NCBI GenBank assembly: GCA_037446635.1
Contig: JBBIIG010000022.1
Location: 1-63,328 of the forward strand
Source of the DNA: a bacterium
GTDB taxonomy: Bacteria; Zhuqueibacterota; Zhuqueibacteria; Oceanimicrobiales; Oceanimicrobiaceae
Length of the DNA: 63,328 bases
Reading direction: 5' to 3'
Positions 9,713 to 18,506 of the stretch are shown piece after piece. Position numbers and translations under genes: made by a program. Each line of letters begins with the position of its first letter. Positions within the stretch are counted from its first letter, which is position 1. The notes beneath the pieces were generated by a model. That model had not been told where the DNA came from, made no database searches, and worked only from the letters and a program-made list of their open reading frames with translations.

Positions 9713-10951
9713 ATGGCGCTCGCCAAAAAGGGCGGCTTTCATTTCCTGATGCTGAGCGAAGAAAAGAATTACGATGTATTGGTGGTTGGCGCTGGCCCCG
9801 CCGGGTTATCTTCCGCGTACAAGGCCGCGCAAGCCGGCGCGCGAGTGGCGGTTTTGGAAAAGAGCAAAGAAATAGGCTATCCTATCCACACCAGCGGGGG
9901 CAGTTGGATTGACGAGCTTAAGGCTTTAGAGATACCCGATCGATTTATGCACCCCATTCGAGAGGGTTTTTTTATTTCCGCCAGCTGCCAGACGCTCATC
10001 AAATACGATCGCCCACCAAGCTGTGTCCTCGACGTGCGCGGCTTGTATCAATATCTTGCCGAATTAGCCTCCCAACAGGGCGCTGAAATTTTTGTGAATA
10101 CGACGGTCAGCGAGCCGTTTTATCAGAGCAATCGAATTGCCGGCGTCGTCGCGCGCCGTCTCGGCAAAGAGCTGCGTTTCAGTGCGCCGCTGATGATCGA
10201 CGCCAGCGGCGCGGCGGCGGTGCTGGCCCACAAACTGGGTCTGACGCCAGGATTCCAGCGCCTCGGCGTGGGCGCGGAGTACGATTTGTACGCCCCCGAT
10301 TGGCCGGCGGAGCGCGCAGCGTTTTTGTTCGGCAGCCAATTTGCGCCCGCCGGCTACGGCTGGGTGTTTGCGCGCGGCAACCAGCGCGTGCGCCTGGGCG
10401 TGGGCCTCATTCACCCCGAAACCTCCGCCGATCCCAAACAGTATCTCGAAGCCATTCTTTTGAATCGCCAATTGTTTGACGGCGCCCTCACCAGAGTCAG
10501 CCGCCTCGAATATCACACCGGCGTCATTCCCAGCGAGATATTTTTGAAACGCACCGTCAGCGACGGTCTGCTGGTAGTGGGCGACGCCGGCGGGCTGGTT
10601 TCCACCCTGTTGGGCGAGGGGATTCGTTTTGCCATCGCCATCGGCCGCTTGGCGGGCGAGGTGGCCGGCGAAGCGATTTCATGCCGGCGCTACGACAAAA
10701 AATTCCTCAGCAAATTTGAAGCGCTATGGAAAAAGCAATACCGGCGGGTGTTTGAGATCGGCTCGTGGATAAACCGGCGTATCGCCCGTTATTCTGACAG
10801 CGAGTGGGATCGCGCCGTTCGTACGCTGGCGACCCTGCAGCCGCAAATGATCGTGGCGCTGCTCAAAGGCGATTTTCGTGCCGCCCATCTCATGAAAGTT
10901 TTGAAATCGCATCCGCGGCTGGTTAAGCGTGTACTTTTGCAATCTATTTAA
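9713..10951 (+). CDS. FAD-dependent oxidoreductase, geranylgeranyl reductase-like
   Basis: GAGPAG, IDASG, GYGWVF and VGDAGG...GEGI motifs; start could be slightly downstream. Confidence 0.8.
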   Translation: MALAKKGGFHFLMLSEEKNYDVLVVGAGPAGLSSAYKAAQAGARVAVLEKSKEIGYPIHTSGGSWIDELKALEIPDRFMHPIREGFFISASCQTLIKYDRPPSCVLDVRGLYQYLAELASQQGAEIFVNTTVSEPFYQSNRIAGVVARRLGKELRFSAPLMIDASGAAAVLAHKLGLTPGFQRLGVGAEYDLYAPDWPAERAAFLFGSQFAPAGYGWVFARGNQRVRLGVGLIHPETSADPKQYLEAILLNRQLFDGALTRVSRLEYHTGVIPSEIFLKRTVSDGLLVVGDAGGLVSTLLGEGIRFAIAIGRLAGEVAGEAISCRRYDKKFLSKFEALWKKQYRRVFEIGSWINRRIARYSDSEWDRAVRTLATLQPQMIVALLKGDFRAAHLMKVLKSHPRLVKRVLLQSI

Positions 10952-10996
10952 GAAAGTAGTTTGAGAAGCATCCATCACAGCAGTTCGGAGGCGTCG

Positions 10997-12067
10997 ATGT
11001 TTGGATTGATCATGGCGGGTGGCAAGGGCAAGCGGTTCTGGCCCAAAAGTCGAGAGCGGCATCCGAAGCAGCTCTTGAAAATTTTTGGCGACAAAACCAT
11101 GATTCAAAAAACCGTTGCAAGACTCAAGCCCGCCATCCCCGAAGAAAGAATTTTTGTGGTTTCCACCGAAGCGCAAATGAGTCTGCTTCAGAAGCAGCTG
11201 TCGGGCCTGCCCGCCAAAAATTTTATCATCGAGCCCAAGGGTAAAAACACCGCGCCCTGCATCGGGCTGGCGGCGTTGTTTATGGAACGAATCGATCCCG
11301 AGGGCGTGATGGCGGTTTTTCCCGCCGACCACTTGATCACCAATGACGCCGCCTTTTTGAAGACGCTGAAGGTCGGCGCGAAAGTCGCAGCCGAAAGCGG
11401 CTCGCTGGTTACCCTCGGCATCGAGCCGACTTATCCGGCTACGGCTTACGGTTACATTCAATTCAAAGAAGAATTGGGAAAACTCGATGGCATTGAAATT
11501 TTCAAAGTTAAAACCTTTGCCGAAAAACCGAACCTGCCAACCGCCGAGCGTTTCCTGAGCAGCGGCGATTTCCTCTGGAACAGCGGCGTGTTCATTTGGA
11601 AAATCAAAACCATTCTTGCCGCCATTGAGGAGTATTTGCCGCATCTTTACGACGGGCTTTTGGATATTCGCCAAGCCATCGGCACCAAAAAAGAAGCTGA
11701 GACCATCAACCGCGTCTATTGTCAAATCAAAAGCATCTCCATTGACTACGGCGTGATGGAGCACGCCGAGGACGTGGTGGTGTTAAAAGGCGCCTTCGGC
11801 TGGAACGATCTCGGAAGCTGGGACGAAGTTTATAAGCTTCACGATAAAGATGAAAACGACAACGTGCTGCTGGGCACGCACCTTGTTAAGGACAGCCGCG
11901 GTTGCCTCATCGATGCGCCGAAAAAATGCGTGGCGCTGCTGGGCGTCGATAACCTGGTGGTGGTGGATACCGACGACGCGATCCTGATTTGCCCGCGCGA
12001 GCGCGCGCAGGAAGTGCAGGAAATTGTGGAGATCGCCCACCGTAAAAAATTGCATCATCTTTTATGA
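10997..12067 (+). CDS. manC: Mannose-1-phosphate guanylyltransferase
   Basis: MAGGKGKRFWPKSR, PKQ, FAEKP, WNSG, SIDYGVME, WNDLGSW; GGAGG RBS before ATG at 10997. Confidence 0.93.
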   Translation: MFGLIMAGGKGKRFWPKSRERHPKQLLKIFGDKTMIQKTVARLKPAIPEERIFVVSTEAQMSLLQKQLSGLPAKNFIIEPKGKNTAPCIGLAALFMERIDPEGVMAVFPADHLITNDAAFLKTLKVGAKVAAESGSLVTLGIEPTYPATAYGYIQFKEELGKLDGIEIFKVKTFAEKPNLPTAERFLSSGDFLWNSGVFIWKIKTILAAIEEYLPHLYDGLLDIRQAIGTKKEAETINRVYCQIKSISIDYGVMEHAEDVVVLKGAFGWNDLGSWDEVYKLHDKDENDNVLLGTHLVKDSRGCLIDAPKKCVALLGVDNLVVVDTDDAILICPRERAQEVQEIVEIAHRKKLHHLL

Positions 12068-12324
12068 ACGAAAACGAAATTCTGCAAAGTCTCGAAAAGC
12101 TTTACGCGGATCTGGACATCGAAATCCGCTATGAAAAAGGCGATTTCCTGGGCGGGCTGTTTCGCTACCGCGATCAAAAAATGGCGATCATTAATCGCGA
12201 TTTGAACAGCGCCCAGAAAATCAACATTCTGGCGCGCGAGCTGCAGGGCAAAATCGATCTGGAAAAAATGTATTTGGTCCCGGTACTGCGGGAGGTCATC
12301 GAGAATGCGAGTCGTATGGAATAA
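12064..12324 (+). CDS. Small conserved hypothetical protein (IrrE/ImmA-like segment without HExxH)
   Basis: Translationally coupled to manC; RYEKGDFxGG...IIN...LARE...YLVPVLRE. Confidence 0.65.
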   Translation: MNENEILQSLEKLYADLDIEIRYEKGDFLGGLFRYRDQKMAIINRDLNSAQKINILARELQGKIDLEKMYLVPVLREVIENASRME

Positions 12325-12823
12325 AAAATCAGACAAGAAACCGAAAGAGGCGGAAAAGATGGAGGTACAGGAACTCGTAAATTATTTTAGCAAAGATCTG
12401 TTCGTACCCAAGCTGAAGTCAAAAACCAAAGCGGCGGTGTTGGTGGAATTTGCCAATTTGTTTGTGGAGTCGAAAGTGGTGCGCAAGCAGGATTTGATTC
12501 TCGAGCTTTTGCAGAAGCGGGAAACGCTCGGCAGCACCGGCATCGGCGGCGGCGTGGCCATCCCGCACGGCCGCACCACCGCCGCGCTCGAAGTCAAAAT
12601 CGCGTTTGGAAAATCCGAAGCCGGCATCGATTTTGACGCCATCGACAAAAAGCCGGTGCACCTGTTTTTTGTGGTGCTGGCGCCGCCCCACGATGAGAAC
12701 AATCGCTATTTGCCGATTTTAGGTAAGATGGTGGAGGTGCTGAACGAAAGTAAAAATCGCAAGCGATTGTTGAACGTGCAGACGTTTGAAGAATTCATTC
12801 AGGTTTTCGAGGGGATTGAATAA
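12305..12823 (+). CDS. PTS EIIA component (PtsN/fructose-type IIA)
   Basis: RETLGSTGIGGGVAIPHG phospho-His motif; true start may be 12359. Confidence 0.9.
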   Translation: MRVVWNKKSDKKPKEAEKMEVQELVNYFSKDLFVPKLKSKTKAAVLVEFANLFVESKVVRKQDLILELLQKRETLGSTGIGGGVAIPHGRTTAALEVKIAFGKSEAGIDFDAIDKKPVHLFFVVLAPPHDENNRYLPILGKMVEVLNESKNRKRLLNVQTFEEFIQVFEGIE

Positions 12824-13158
12824 TGTTGAACAAACAGCTCGAGTTTCTGGTGTCGCTGCAGGACTTGGATATGATGCTCAAGGATATCGAGGATGTGAAG
12901 GCGTTGGGATTTGACGCCAAGGGCATTGAAAAAATTCAGGAGGCGCGGGAGGCGCTGCTCAAAAAAATCCGCAAGCCGCTGCTCTCAACCTACAACAAAC
13001 TTCAGACCCGTTACAAGCGCTCCATCGTGCCAGTAAAAGACGATGTCTGCCTGGGCTGCTTCATGCGCATTCCCACCCAGCTCATCACCCGCGGTCGCAG
13101 CGATCAAGACGTGATCCTGTGCGAGGGTTGCGGACGGATTTTGTATTGGTACGATTAA
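12823..13158 (+). CDS. C4-type zinc-ribbon protein, short form
   Basis: CLGC...CEGCGRILY and N-terminal LxxLQxLD. Confidence 0.82.
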   Translation: MLNKQLEFLVSLQDLDMMLKDIEDVKALGFDAKGIEKIQEAREALLKKIRKPLLSTYNKLQTRYKRSIVPVKDDVCLGCFMRIPTQLITRGRSDQDVILCEGCGRILYWYD

Positions 13159-13172
13159 AATCAGGGGTAGAT

Positions 13173-13210
13173 GGAGTAATGGAGTAATGGAGTAATGGAT
13201 CGTTACTCCA
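13173..13210. repeat. Period-8 repeat/hairpin (3x GGAGTAAT, GGATCGTT, inverted ACTCCA)
   Basis: Read directly; lies between convergent genes. Confidence 0.85.
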
Positions 13211-13228
13211 AGAACCGGCCTCTGCACT

Positions 13229-14347
13229 TTAGATGAATTTCTCATAGAACGCATATTTTTTATATAGCGTCGCCCCCATTCCTTCCAGCGCGCGATTCAT
13301 CAGCACGTTGTCGTCTAAAATCCAGGAAAATTCTCCCAACGAATAGCCTTTGTTGATGCCGCGGCGGTAGGTCTCGTAATAAAAGGCTGGCGCCAGCCCT
13401 CTTTTATTTTGAAATTTTTTACGCACCCCTAACGTGATCACCCGCACCCGTTTTATTTTTTTGCGATTCATCAAAAGTTTGAAAATGCCAAACGGCAGCA
13501 GCCGGCCGTTGAGGTCTTTTAAGATTTCATTGTAATCCGGCAGGGCGAGGGAGAAGCCCGCGACTTCTCCGTCCACCTCGGCGAAGTAAACGATATCCGG
13601 ATCGACGATTGGTTTTAATTCCTTCGCCATGTGCGCCAGCTCCGCTTCGGTCATGGGCACGAAGCCCCAGTTGTTTTGCCAGGCGTCGTTGTAAATGGTC
13701 TGCACGCGTTTCACTTCATTGTCGAAGTCTTTCAAATTGATGGTTCGGAACGTGACGTGAGCGTCCGCCAGCGTTCTTTTGGCGAGCGCTTCGAATCGTT
13801 CGGGCATGGGGAGGTCGCGATGATAGGAGTAGGCGTAGAGTTCTTTAATTTTTTTGAAGCCGGCGCCCTCCAGCAGATTTATGTAGTAGGGTGGATTATA
13901 AGTCATGAGCAGCACGGGCGGAGAATCGAAGCCTTCGATGAGCAGGCCGCAGGGGTCGTTGGTGGAAAAATTCGCCGGGCCGCGCAAGTGCGTCAGGCCG
14001 CGTTCTTTCACCCACTGCGCGGCAGCGTCGAATAATTCCCGCGCCGCGTTCGAATCATCGATACATTCAAAAAAACCGAAAAAACCAATCTTCTCATTAT
14101 GAAAGGCGTTGTGGTTGTTGTTGATAATCGCGGCGATGCGCCCTACGGTTTCGCCGTTGTCTTGCGCTAAAAACAATTGAGCGTCGGAGTGTTCAAAAAA
14201 TGGATTTTTCTTTTTATCCAAAATTTTTTTCATGTCAACGATGAGCGGCGGCACCCAGTTGGGATTGCCGGCGTAGATTTTCCACGGCAGCCGGATGAAA
14301 TCGCGCAAGTGCGTTTGGGTTTTTACCAGTTGAATGGTTGATGACAT
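13229..14347 (-). CDS. GNAT-fold acyltransferase, bacterial ceramide synthase-like
   Basis: FIRLPWKIY..NPNWVPPL, GRIAA, GFFGFFE, YNPPYY, WGFVP and SWILDDN motifs; next to spt. Confidence 0.8.
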   Translation of the reverse strand: MSSTIQLVKTQTHLRDFIRLPWKIYAGNPNWVPPLIVDMKKILDKKKNPFFEHSDAQLFLAQDNGETVGRIAAIINNNHNAFHNEKIGFFGFFECIDDSNAARELFDAAAQWVKERGLTHLRGPANFSTNDPCGLLIEGFDSPPVLLMTYNPPYYINLLEGAGFKKIKELYAYSYHRDLPMPERFEALAKRTLADAHVTFRTINLKDFDNEVKRVQTIYNDAWQNNWGFVPMTEAELAHMAKELKPIVDPDIVYFAEVDGEVAGFSLALPDYNEILKDLNGRLLPFGIFKLLMNRKKIKRVRVITLGVRKKFQNKRGLAPAFYYETYRRGINKGYSLGEFSWILDDNVLMNRALEGMGATLYKKYAFYEKFI

Positions 14348-14372
14348 CGAAGGTTCCTCCTCCGCATCTGCT

Positions 14373-14404
14373 TCGGAGTACAGCGCTTAAGCGTTGCACT
14401 CCGA
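14373..14404. repeat. REP-like 32-nt near-perfect palindrome
   Basis: tcggagtacagcgcttaagcgttgcactccga. Confidence 0.75.
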
Positions 14405-14419
14405 TGTTTGATGATCAAC

Positions 14420-14453
14420 AAAAAAGGCCGCGGCGAAAATACCCACGGCCTTT
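14420..14453 (-). terminator. Rho-independent terminator downstream of spt
   Basis: Minus strand reads aaaggccgtgg...ccgcggcc then a T-tract. Confidence 0.7.
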
Positions 14454-14481
14454 GATTGGTTTTTATATTTTCATGATCGAA

Positions 14482-15666
14482 TCAGATGAGGCCAAATTCC
14501 TTACCTAATTTTGCAAAAATCTCGATGACCTGATCCAGTTCTTCCTCAGTATGGGTGGCCATATAACTGGTGCGAATGAGTGATTTTCCCGGCGGCACCG
14601 CTGGCGGAATGGCTGGATTGGCAAACACACCGCTCTCGAATAATCGTTTCCAGAATTTGAACGTTTCGAGCATATCGCCGATGACGATGGGCACCACGGG
14701 GCTGTTGCTGTTGCAGGTGTCGAAGCCCAACTGATCGAACGCCGTTTTCATCTTGCGGACGTTTTTCCACAGACGCTCCCGGCGTTCCGGCTCGGTTTGA
14801 ATAATTTTCAAAGCGGCGATCACCGACGCCACCGCGGCCGGCGGCATACTCGCGGAAAAAATCAGGGCGCGGGAATGGTGCTTGATGTAATCGATAACTT
14901 TCGCTTTGGCCGCAATAAATCCTCCAAGAGAAGCAAAGGATTTGCTGAACGTTCCCATGGTAATATCAACATCGTTTTCCAGCCCGAAATGCTCGGCGGT
15001 GCCGCGGCCGTTTTTGCCAAACACGCCGATAGAGTGGGCGTCGTCCACCATGACTCGCGCCTGGTATTTCTTGGCGATGCTGACGATTTCCGGTAGATTG
15101 GTGAGGGAACCCTCCATGCTGAAGACGCCGTCAACCACGATGAGCTTGCCCGCTTCTGGATTGCTGGCGGCCAGCAAGCGCTCGAGATCGCGCATATTGC
15201 CATGTTTGAATTTGACCATGCGCGCGAACGAGAGCCGCGCGCCGTCGATGATACAGGCGTGGTTGTTGCGATCGGTGTATATGATATCGTCTTTACCCGC
15301 GATGGTGGAGATCGTGCCGAGGTTGGTCAAAAAGCCAGTGGAGAAAACCAGCGCCGCTTCCGCGTTCATGAATTCGGCGAGCTGTTCCTCTAATTCCACG
15401 TGCAGCGAAAGCGTGCCGTTGAGAAACCGCGAGCCGGTGCAGCCGGAGCCAAATTCCTGCACCGCTTTGGTGGCGGCTTCTTTGATACGTGGGTCTTGGG
15501 TGAGACCGAGATAGTTATTTGATCCCACCATGATCAATTTGCGACCGTCAATAACCACCTCCGTGTCGGCCCCGGACTGAATGGCTTTGAAGTACGGGTA
15601 CCAGCCTTGCTCTTGAAGCTCGCGCGCGCGGGTAAAATTGTAACATTTATCAAATAGGTCTGCCAC
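14482..15666 (-). CDS. spt: Serine palmitoyltransferase-like alpha-oxoamine synthase (PLP)
   Basis: YPYF, GSNNYLG, GSRFLNG, DGVFSMEG, DDAH, GTFSKS (PLP Lys), PPAVP; GTG start after GAGGAG RBS. Confidence 0.78.
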   Translation of the reverse strand: MADLFDKCYNFTRARELQEQGWYPYFKAIQSGADTEVVIDGRKLIMVGSNNYLGLTQDPRIKEAATKAVQEFGSGCTGSRFLNGTLSLHVELEEQLAEFMNAEAALVFSTGFLTNLGTISTIAGKDDIIYTDRNNHACIIDGARLSFARMVKFKHGNMRDLERLLAASNPEAGKLIVVDGVFSMEGSLTNLPEIVSIAKKYQARVMVDDAHSIGVFGKNGRGTAEHFGLENDVDITMGTFSKSFASLGGFIAAKAKVIDYIKHHSRALIFSASMPPAAVASVIAALKIIQTEPERRERLWKNVRKMKTAFDQLGFDTCNSNSPVVPIVIGDMLETFKFWKRLFESGVFANPAIPPAVPPGKSLIRTSYMATHTEEELDQVIEIFAKLGKEFGLI

Positions 15667-15711
15667 GGTTTCTCCTCTAAACGTATGTATTTTCAACAAT
15701 TTTTAACGGTG

Positions 15712-15792
15712 AATATAATCAAAGCAGCTATCGAATGCAAGACAAAATTTGTAACCCTTAAAGTTGCTTTATTGCACATTTTTGTTTATGAT
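15712..15792. promoter_or_regulatory. Back-to-back sigma-70 promoters for spt (minus) and the SDR gene (plus)
   Basis: Minus: TTGCAT-17-TATATT (15740..15712); plus: TTGCTT-17-TATGAT (15764..15792). Confidence 0.55.
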
Positions 15793-15817
15793 GCTGCAAC
15801 TAAGTGAAGGAGATGAA

Positions 15818-16801
15818 TTGAAAGCGCTGGTTACCGGCGCGCGCGGTTTCATTGGCAGTCACCTGGTGGCAGCCTTGCTGGCGAGGGGGTTCGAGGTGCA
15901 TTGCCTGCTGCGCCAGAAAAAGACGGCACCAACCTGGTTGCAGGGGTTGCCAATTCATGCCATCGAAGGCGATATCCTCGATCCGGCGTCTTTGAGCGAG
16001 GCCGTGAAAAACATGGACTATGTTTTTCACCTGGCCGGTTTGACCAAAGCTCTAAGTCGAGAGCAATTTTATCAGGCGAATGTGGACGGCACTGTTAATT
16101 TGCTCGAAGCCGCCCGAAAAAGCAACCCGGCCCTCAAGCGCTTCGTGTTGGTTTCGAGTCTGGCCGCCGCCGGCCCCAGCCTGGATGGCCGACCGCTGAA
16201 GGAGACCGACCCGCCGCGCCCCGTTTCCAACTACGGCGCCAGCAAATTGCAGGCGGAGCAAGCAGCGCAGGCGTACGCGCCGGATATCCCCATTTCAGTT
16301 GTGCGGCCGCCGGCGGTGTTTGGCCCGCGCGATACCGAGGTGTTCACGTTTTTTAAGTTTGTGCGGCGAGGGTGGTGGCCGATCATGAGCGGCGGGCCGC
16401 GTTTCACCAGCCTCATTTATGTGAAAGATCTGGCGCGCGGTTTGGTACAAATGGCGCAGAGTGAAGCGGCCGTCGGCCAAACTTATTTCCTCTGCAACGA
16501 CCAATTCTATTCGTGGGAAGAGCTGGCAAAATTCATCGCGGAAATTTTCTTCAAAGAGCTGCACACCATCGTTCTGCCAATTCCTCTCGCATTTGTCGCC
16601 GCCGCCGTTTCTGAATTCTACGGCCGTATTTCGCGAAAGCCAGCGGCCTTGAACCTCGACAAGTTCCGCGAGCTGAAAGCGACTCACTGGATTTGCACGA
16701 ATTCCAAAGCGAAAATGGAATGGGAATTTCGCGCCGACTACGATTTAGACGACGCGTTGGCGGAGACGGTGGACTGGTATCAGGAGAACGGCTGGCTTTA
16801 A
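15818..16801 (+). CDS. NAD-dependent epimerase/dehydratase (extended SDR), candidate ceramide reductase
   Basis: VTGARGFIG, HLAG, YGASK; TTG start after GAAGGAG. Confidence 0.85.
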   Translation: MKALVTGARGFIGSHLVAALLARGFEVHCLLRQKKTAPTWLQGLPIHAIEGDILDPASLSEAVKNMDYVFHLAGLTKALSREQFYQANVDGTVNLLEAARKSNPALKRFVLVSSLAAAGPSLDGRPLKETDPPRPVSNYGASKLQAEQAAQAYAPDIPISVVRPPAVFGPRDTEVFTFFKFVRRGWWPIMSGGPRFTSLIYVKDLARGLVQMAQSEAAVGQTYFLCNDQFYSWEELAKFIAEIFFKELHTIVLPIPLAFVAAAVSEFYGRISRKPAALNLDKFRELKATHWICTNSKAKMEWEFRADYDLDDALAETVDWYQENGWL

Positions 16802-16809
16802 TTTGTATC

Positions 16810-17643
16810 TCAGCGGATCAAACGATTCAACTTTTCTTCGAGCAATTTATAGTAGGCCACTTGTCCGTTGGCGGCGGTTTCCTGTGCACTGGAATAAGCC
16901 AGGTAGCGTTTGGCATCGAGGTAGGTGATCAGCTTGGCTTTCGGCACGACCGACCAGTAAAGAAAAACTTTGTTGCTGCGATTCAATGGACTCATTTCGA
17001 TTCCGGCAACCCCGAACAAACTGAATTCGTGGGAAGGTGAAATTTTTTTGCGATCGAGAAAACCGCGGTTGGCCATCTCCTCTAAAATTGCTGCCAGATC
17101 TTCGGAGGTGATTTTCCACGCGGTGTCGAGCTGGGCGTAGATGTCGCTCGGCGTGGCCGCGGTTTTTTCCCAAAGGGTTTTCAAAATGTCGATCTCAAGG
17201 TCGGTGGGGATAGGCAGCGTGCCGTCCGAAAGTTGCGGGCTGGGTTTCTTGAAGCTTTCCGCGATGCCCTGCAGCAGCGAATTCAGCGGCACAGTGGGCG
17301 GCGTGTCGCTGAAACGCCGCCGGATTTCCGGACCCTCGGGATCGGGGCCGACCTGTGGAATGTCTTGCAGTTCTTCGGGAGTCAGGTAGAGCGATACATT
17401 TGGCTGGGCGCGTAGCTGAAACGTCAAGCTGGTGTCATCATGGGCGGAACTGAAGAGTGTGACGGTATCATTGATGAAAGAGTATTTGCGGACCAAAAAT
17501 AATTTTGAATTGGGGGTGTTGCCGGTTAAAATATCGCGGGCTTTCAAAGCGTGAACGGTTGAGTCGGTGGTGGGTTGCGCAGTGAGCGCGCTGGCAGCAA
17601 AGAGCTGCAAAAGAAGTAATCTCGTTTCGGGCTTCACGTTCAT
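16810..17643 (-). CDS. Hypothetical protein with signal-peptide-like N-terminus and BlaI/CopY-like winged-helix segment
   Basis: Hydrophobic N-terminus ending ALTA-Q; TDLEIDILKTLW...TPSDIYAQL...ILEEMANRGFLDRKK. Confidence 0.6.
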   Translation of the reverse strand: MNVKPETRLLLLQLFAASALTAQPTTDSTVHALKARDILTGNTPNSKLFLVRKYSFINDTVTLFSSAHDDTSLTFQLRAQPNVSLYLTPEELQDIPQVGPDPEGPEIRRRFSDTPPTVPLNSLLQGIAESFKKPSPQLSDGTLPIPTDLEIDILKTLWEKTAATPSDIYAQLDTAWKITSEDLAAILEEMANRGFLDRKKISPSHEFSLFGVAGIEMSPLNRSNKVFLYWSVVPKAKLITYLDAKRYLAYSSAQETAANGQVAYYKLLEEKLNRLIR

Positions 17644-17728
17644 TTTTACAAGTTTCGAGGGGCGATTGTTCCGCCGACCGTTATTTAGAATTCTTATGTT
17701 CGTTAGAAACTAAAGGGTCTCTGCGAAA

Positions 17729-18409
17729 ATGAACCAAAAAATTTTAACCTGGGTTGGAATTGTGGCTTTGGCACTTTTTGTTGCGATTTATGCCGTTGAG
17801 TTGTTTAACCACGAGGGCCCGCCGGTCACCATTCGCTGGATTCGCGAAAACTTTGGTACCGCTGGCTTGATTGCGTTGAACATTCTGATCGTCGTGGCGT
17901 TTCTGGCGCTTTTGCCGTATCGCCGCAGCACCATCAGCACCTGGAAATCCAAAGGCGTGTTCGTGGCGTTTGTCGTCGCGCTGATGACGGAGATGTTCGG
18001 CTGGCCGCTGCTGATTTTTTTGCTATCGCCGATTGTCGAAGTGCCATCGCTGCGGGAGTGGTCGCACCGGTTGTTGGGACATAGCGGCCCCATTTTAGGA
18101 ACGTGGGTTAGCATGATCGGACTGGTGCTGATTGCCCTCGGCTGGCGGGAGATTCATCGCGCCACCGGCCTGGTCACCACGGGAATTTATCGTTTCATGC
18201 GTCATCCGCAGTACACCGGCATGTTTCTCTTCACCTTCGGTTGGATTTTGCACTGGCCGTCGGTGATTACGCTGATACTCTGGCCGATTCTGGTGGCGGC
18301 GTATGTGTGGCTGGCGCGCCGCGAAGAGAAGGTGGTGACGCAGGAGGTCGGCGAGCTGTACCGCGAGTACGCGCGGCGGACGCCGCGATTTTGGCCGAGG
18401 GTTTTTTGA
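17729..18409 (+). CDS. Isoprenylcysteine carboxyl methyltransferase / PEMT family membrane protein
   Basis: LVTTGIYRFMRHPQYTG, EE and Y..YARRTPRFWP motifs. Confidence 0.85.
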   Translation: MNQKILTWVGIVALALFVAIYAVELFNHEGPPVTIRWIRENFGTAGLIALNILIVVAFLALLPYRRSTISTWKSKGVFVAFVVALMTEMFGWPLLIFLLSPIVEVPSLREWSHRLLGHSGPILGTWVSMIGLVLIALGWREIHRATGLVTTGIYRFMRHPQYTGMFLFTFGWILHWPSVITLILWPILVAAYVWLARREEKVVTQEVGELYREYARRTPRFWPRVF

Positions 18410-18443
18410 TTACAATACCGCCACAGGCTTCCCAACTTTTGGC

Positions 18444-18472
18444 TTGATACTTTTGCTCACCCATCGTATATT
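18444..18472 (+). promoter_or_regulatory. Putative sigma-70 promoter for the iscS-mnmA operon
   Basis: TTGATA-17 nt-TATATT. Confidence 0.55.
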
Positions 18473-18506
18473 GCTGCAGTCAATTTTGAAAACTCGAGGG
18501 CGTTAT

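Noticed and set aside
10724..11764. 346-aa antisense ORF, and similar long antisense ORFs at 20208-21032, 28988-29956, 32901-33836, 42615-43496 and 43804-44784
   Set aside because: They are shadow frames of well-supported genes on the other strand in GC-rich coding DNA, with no recognisable motifs.
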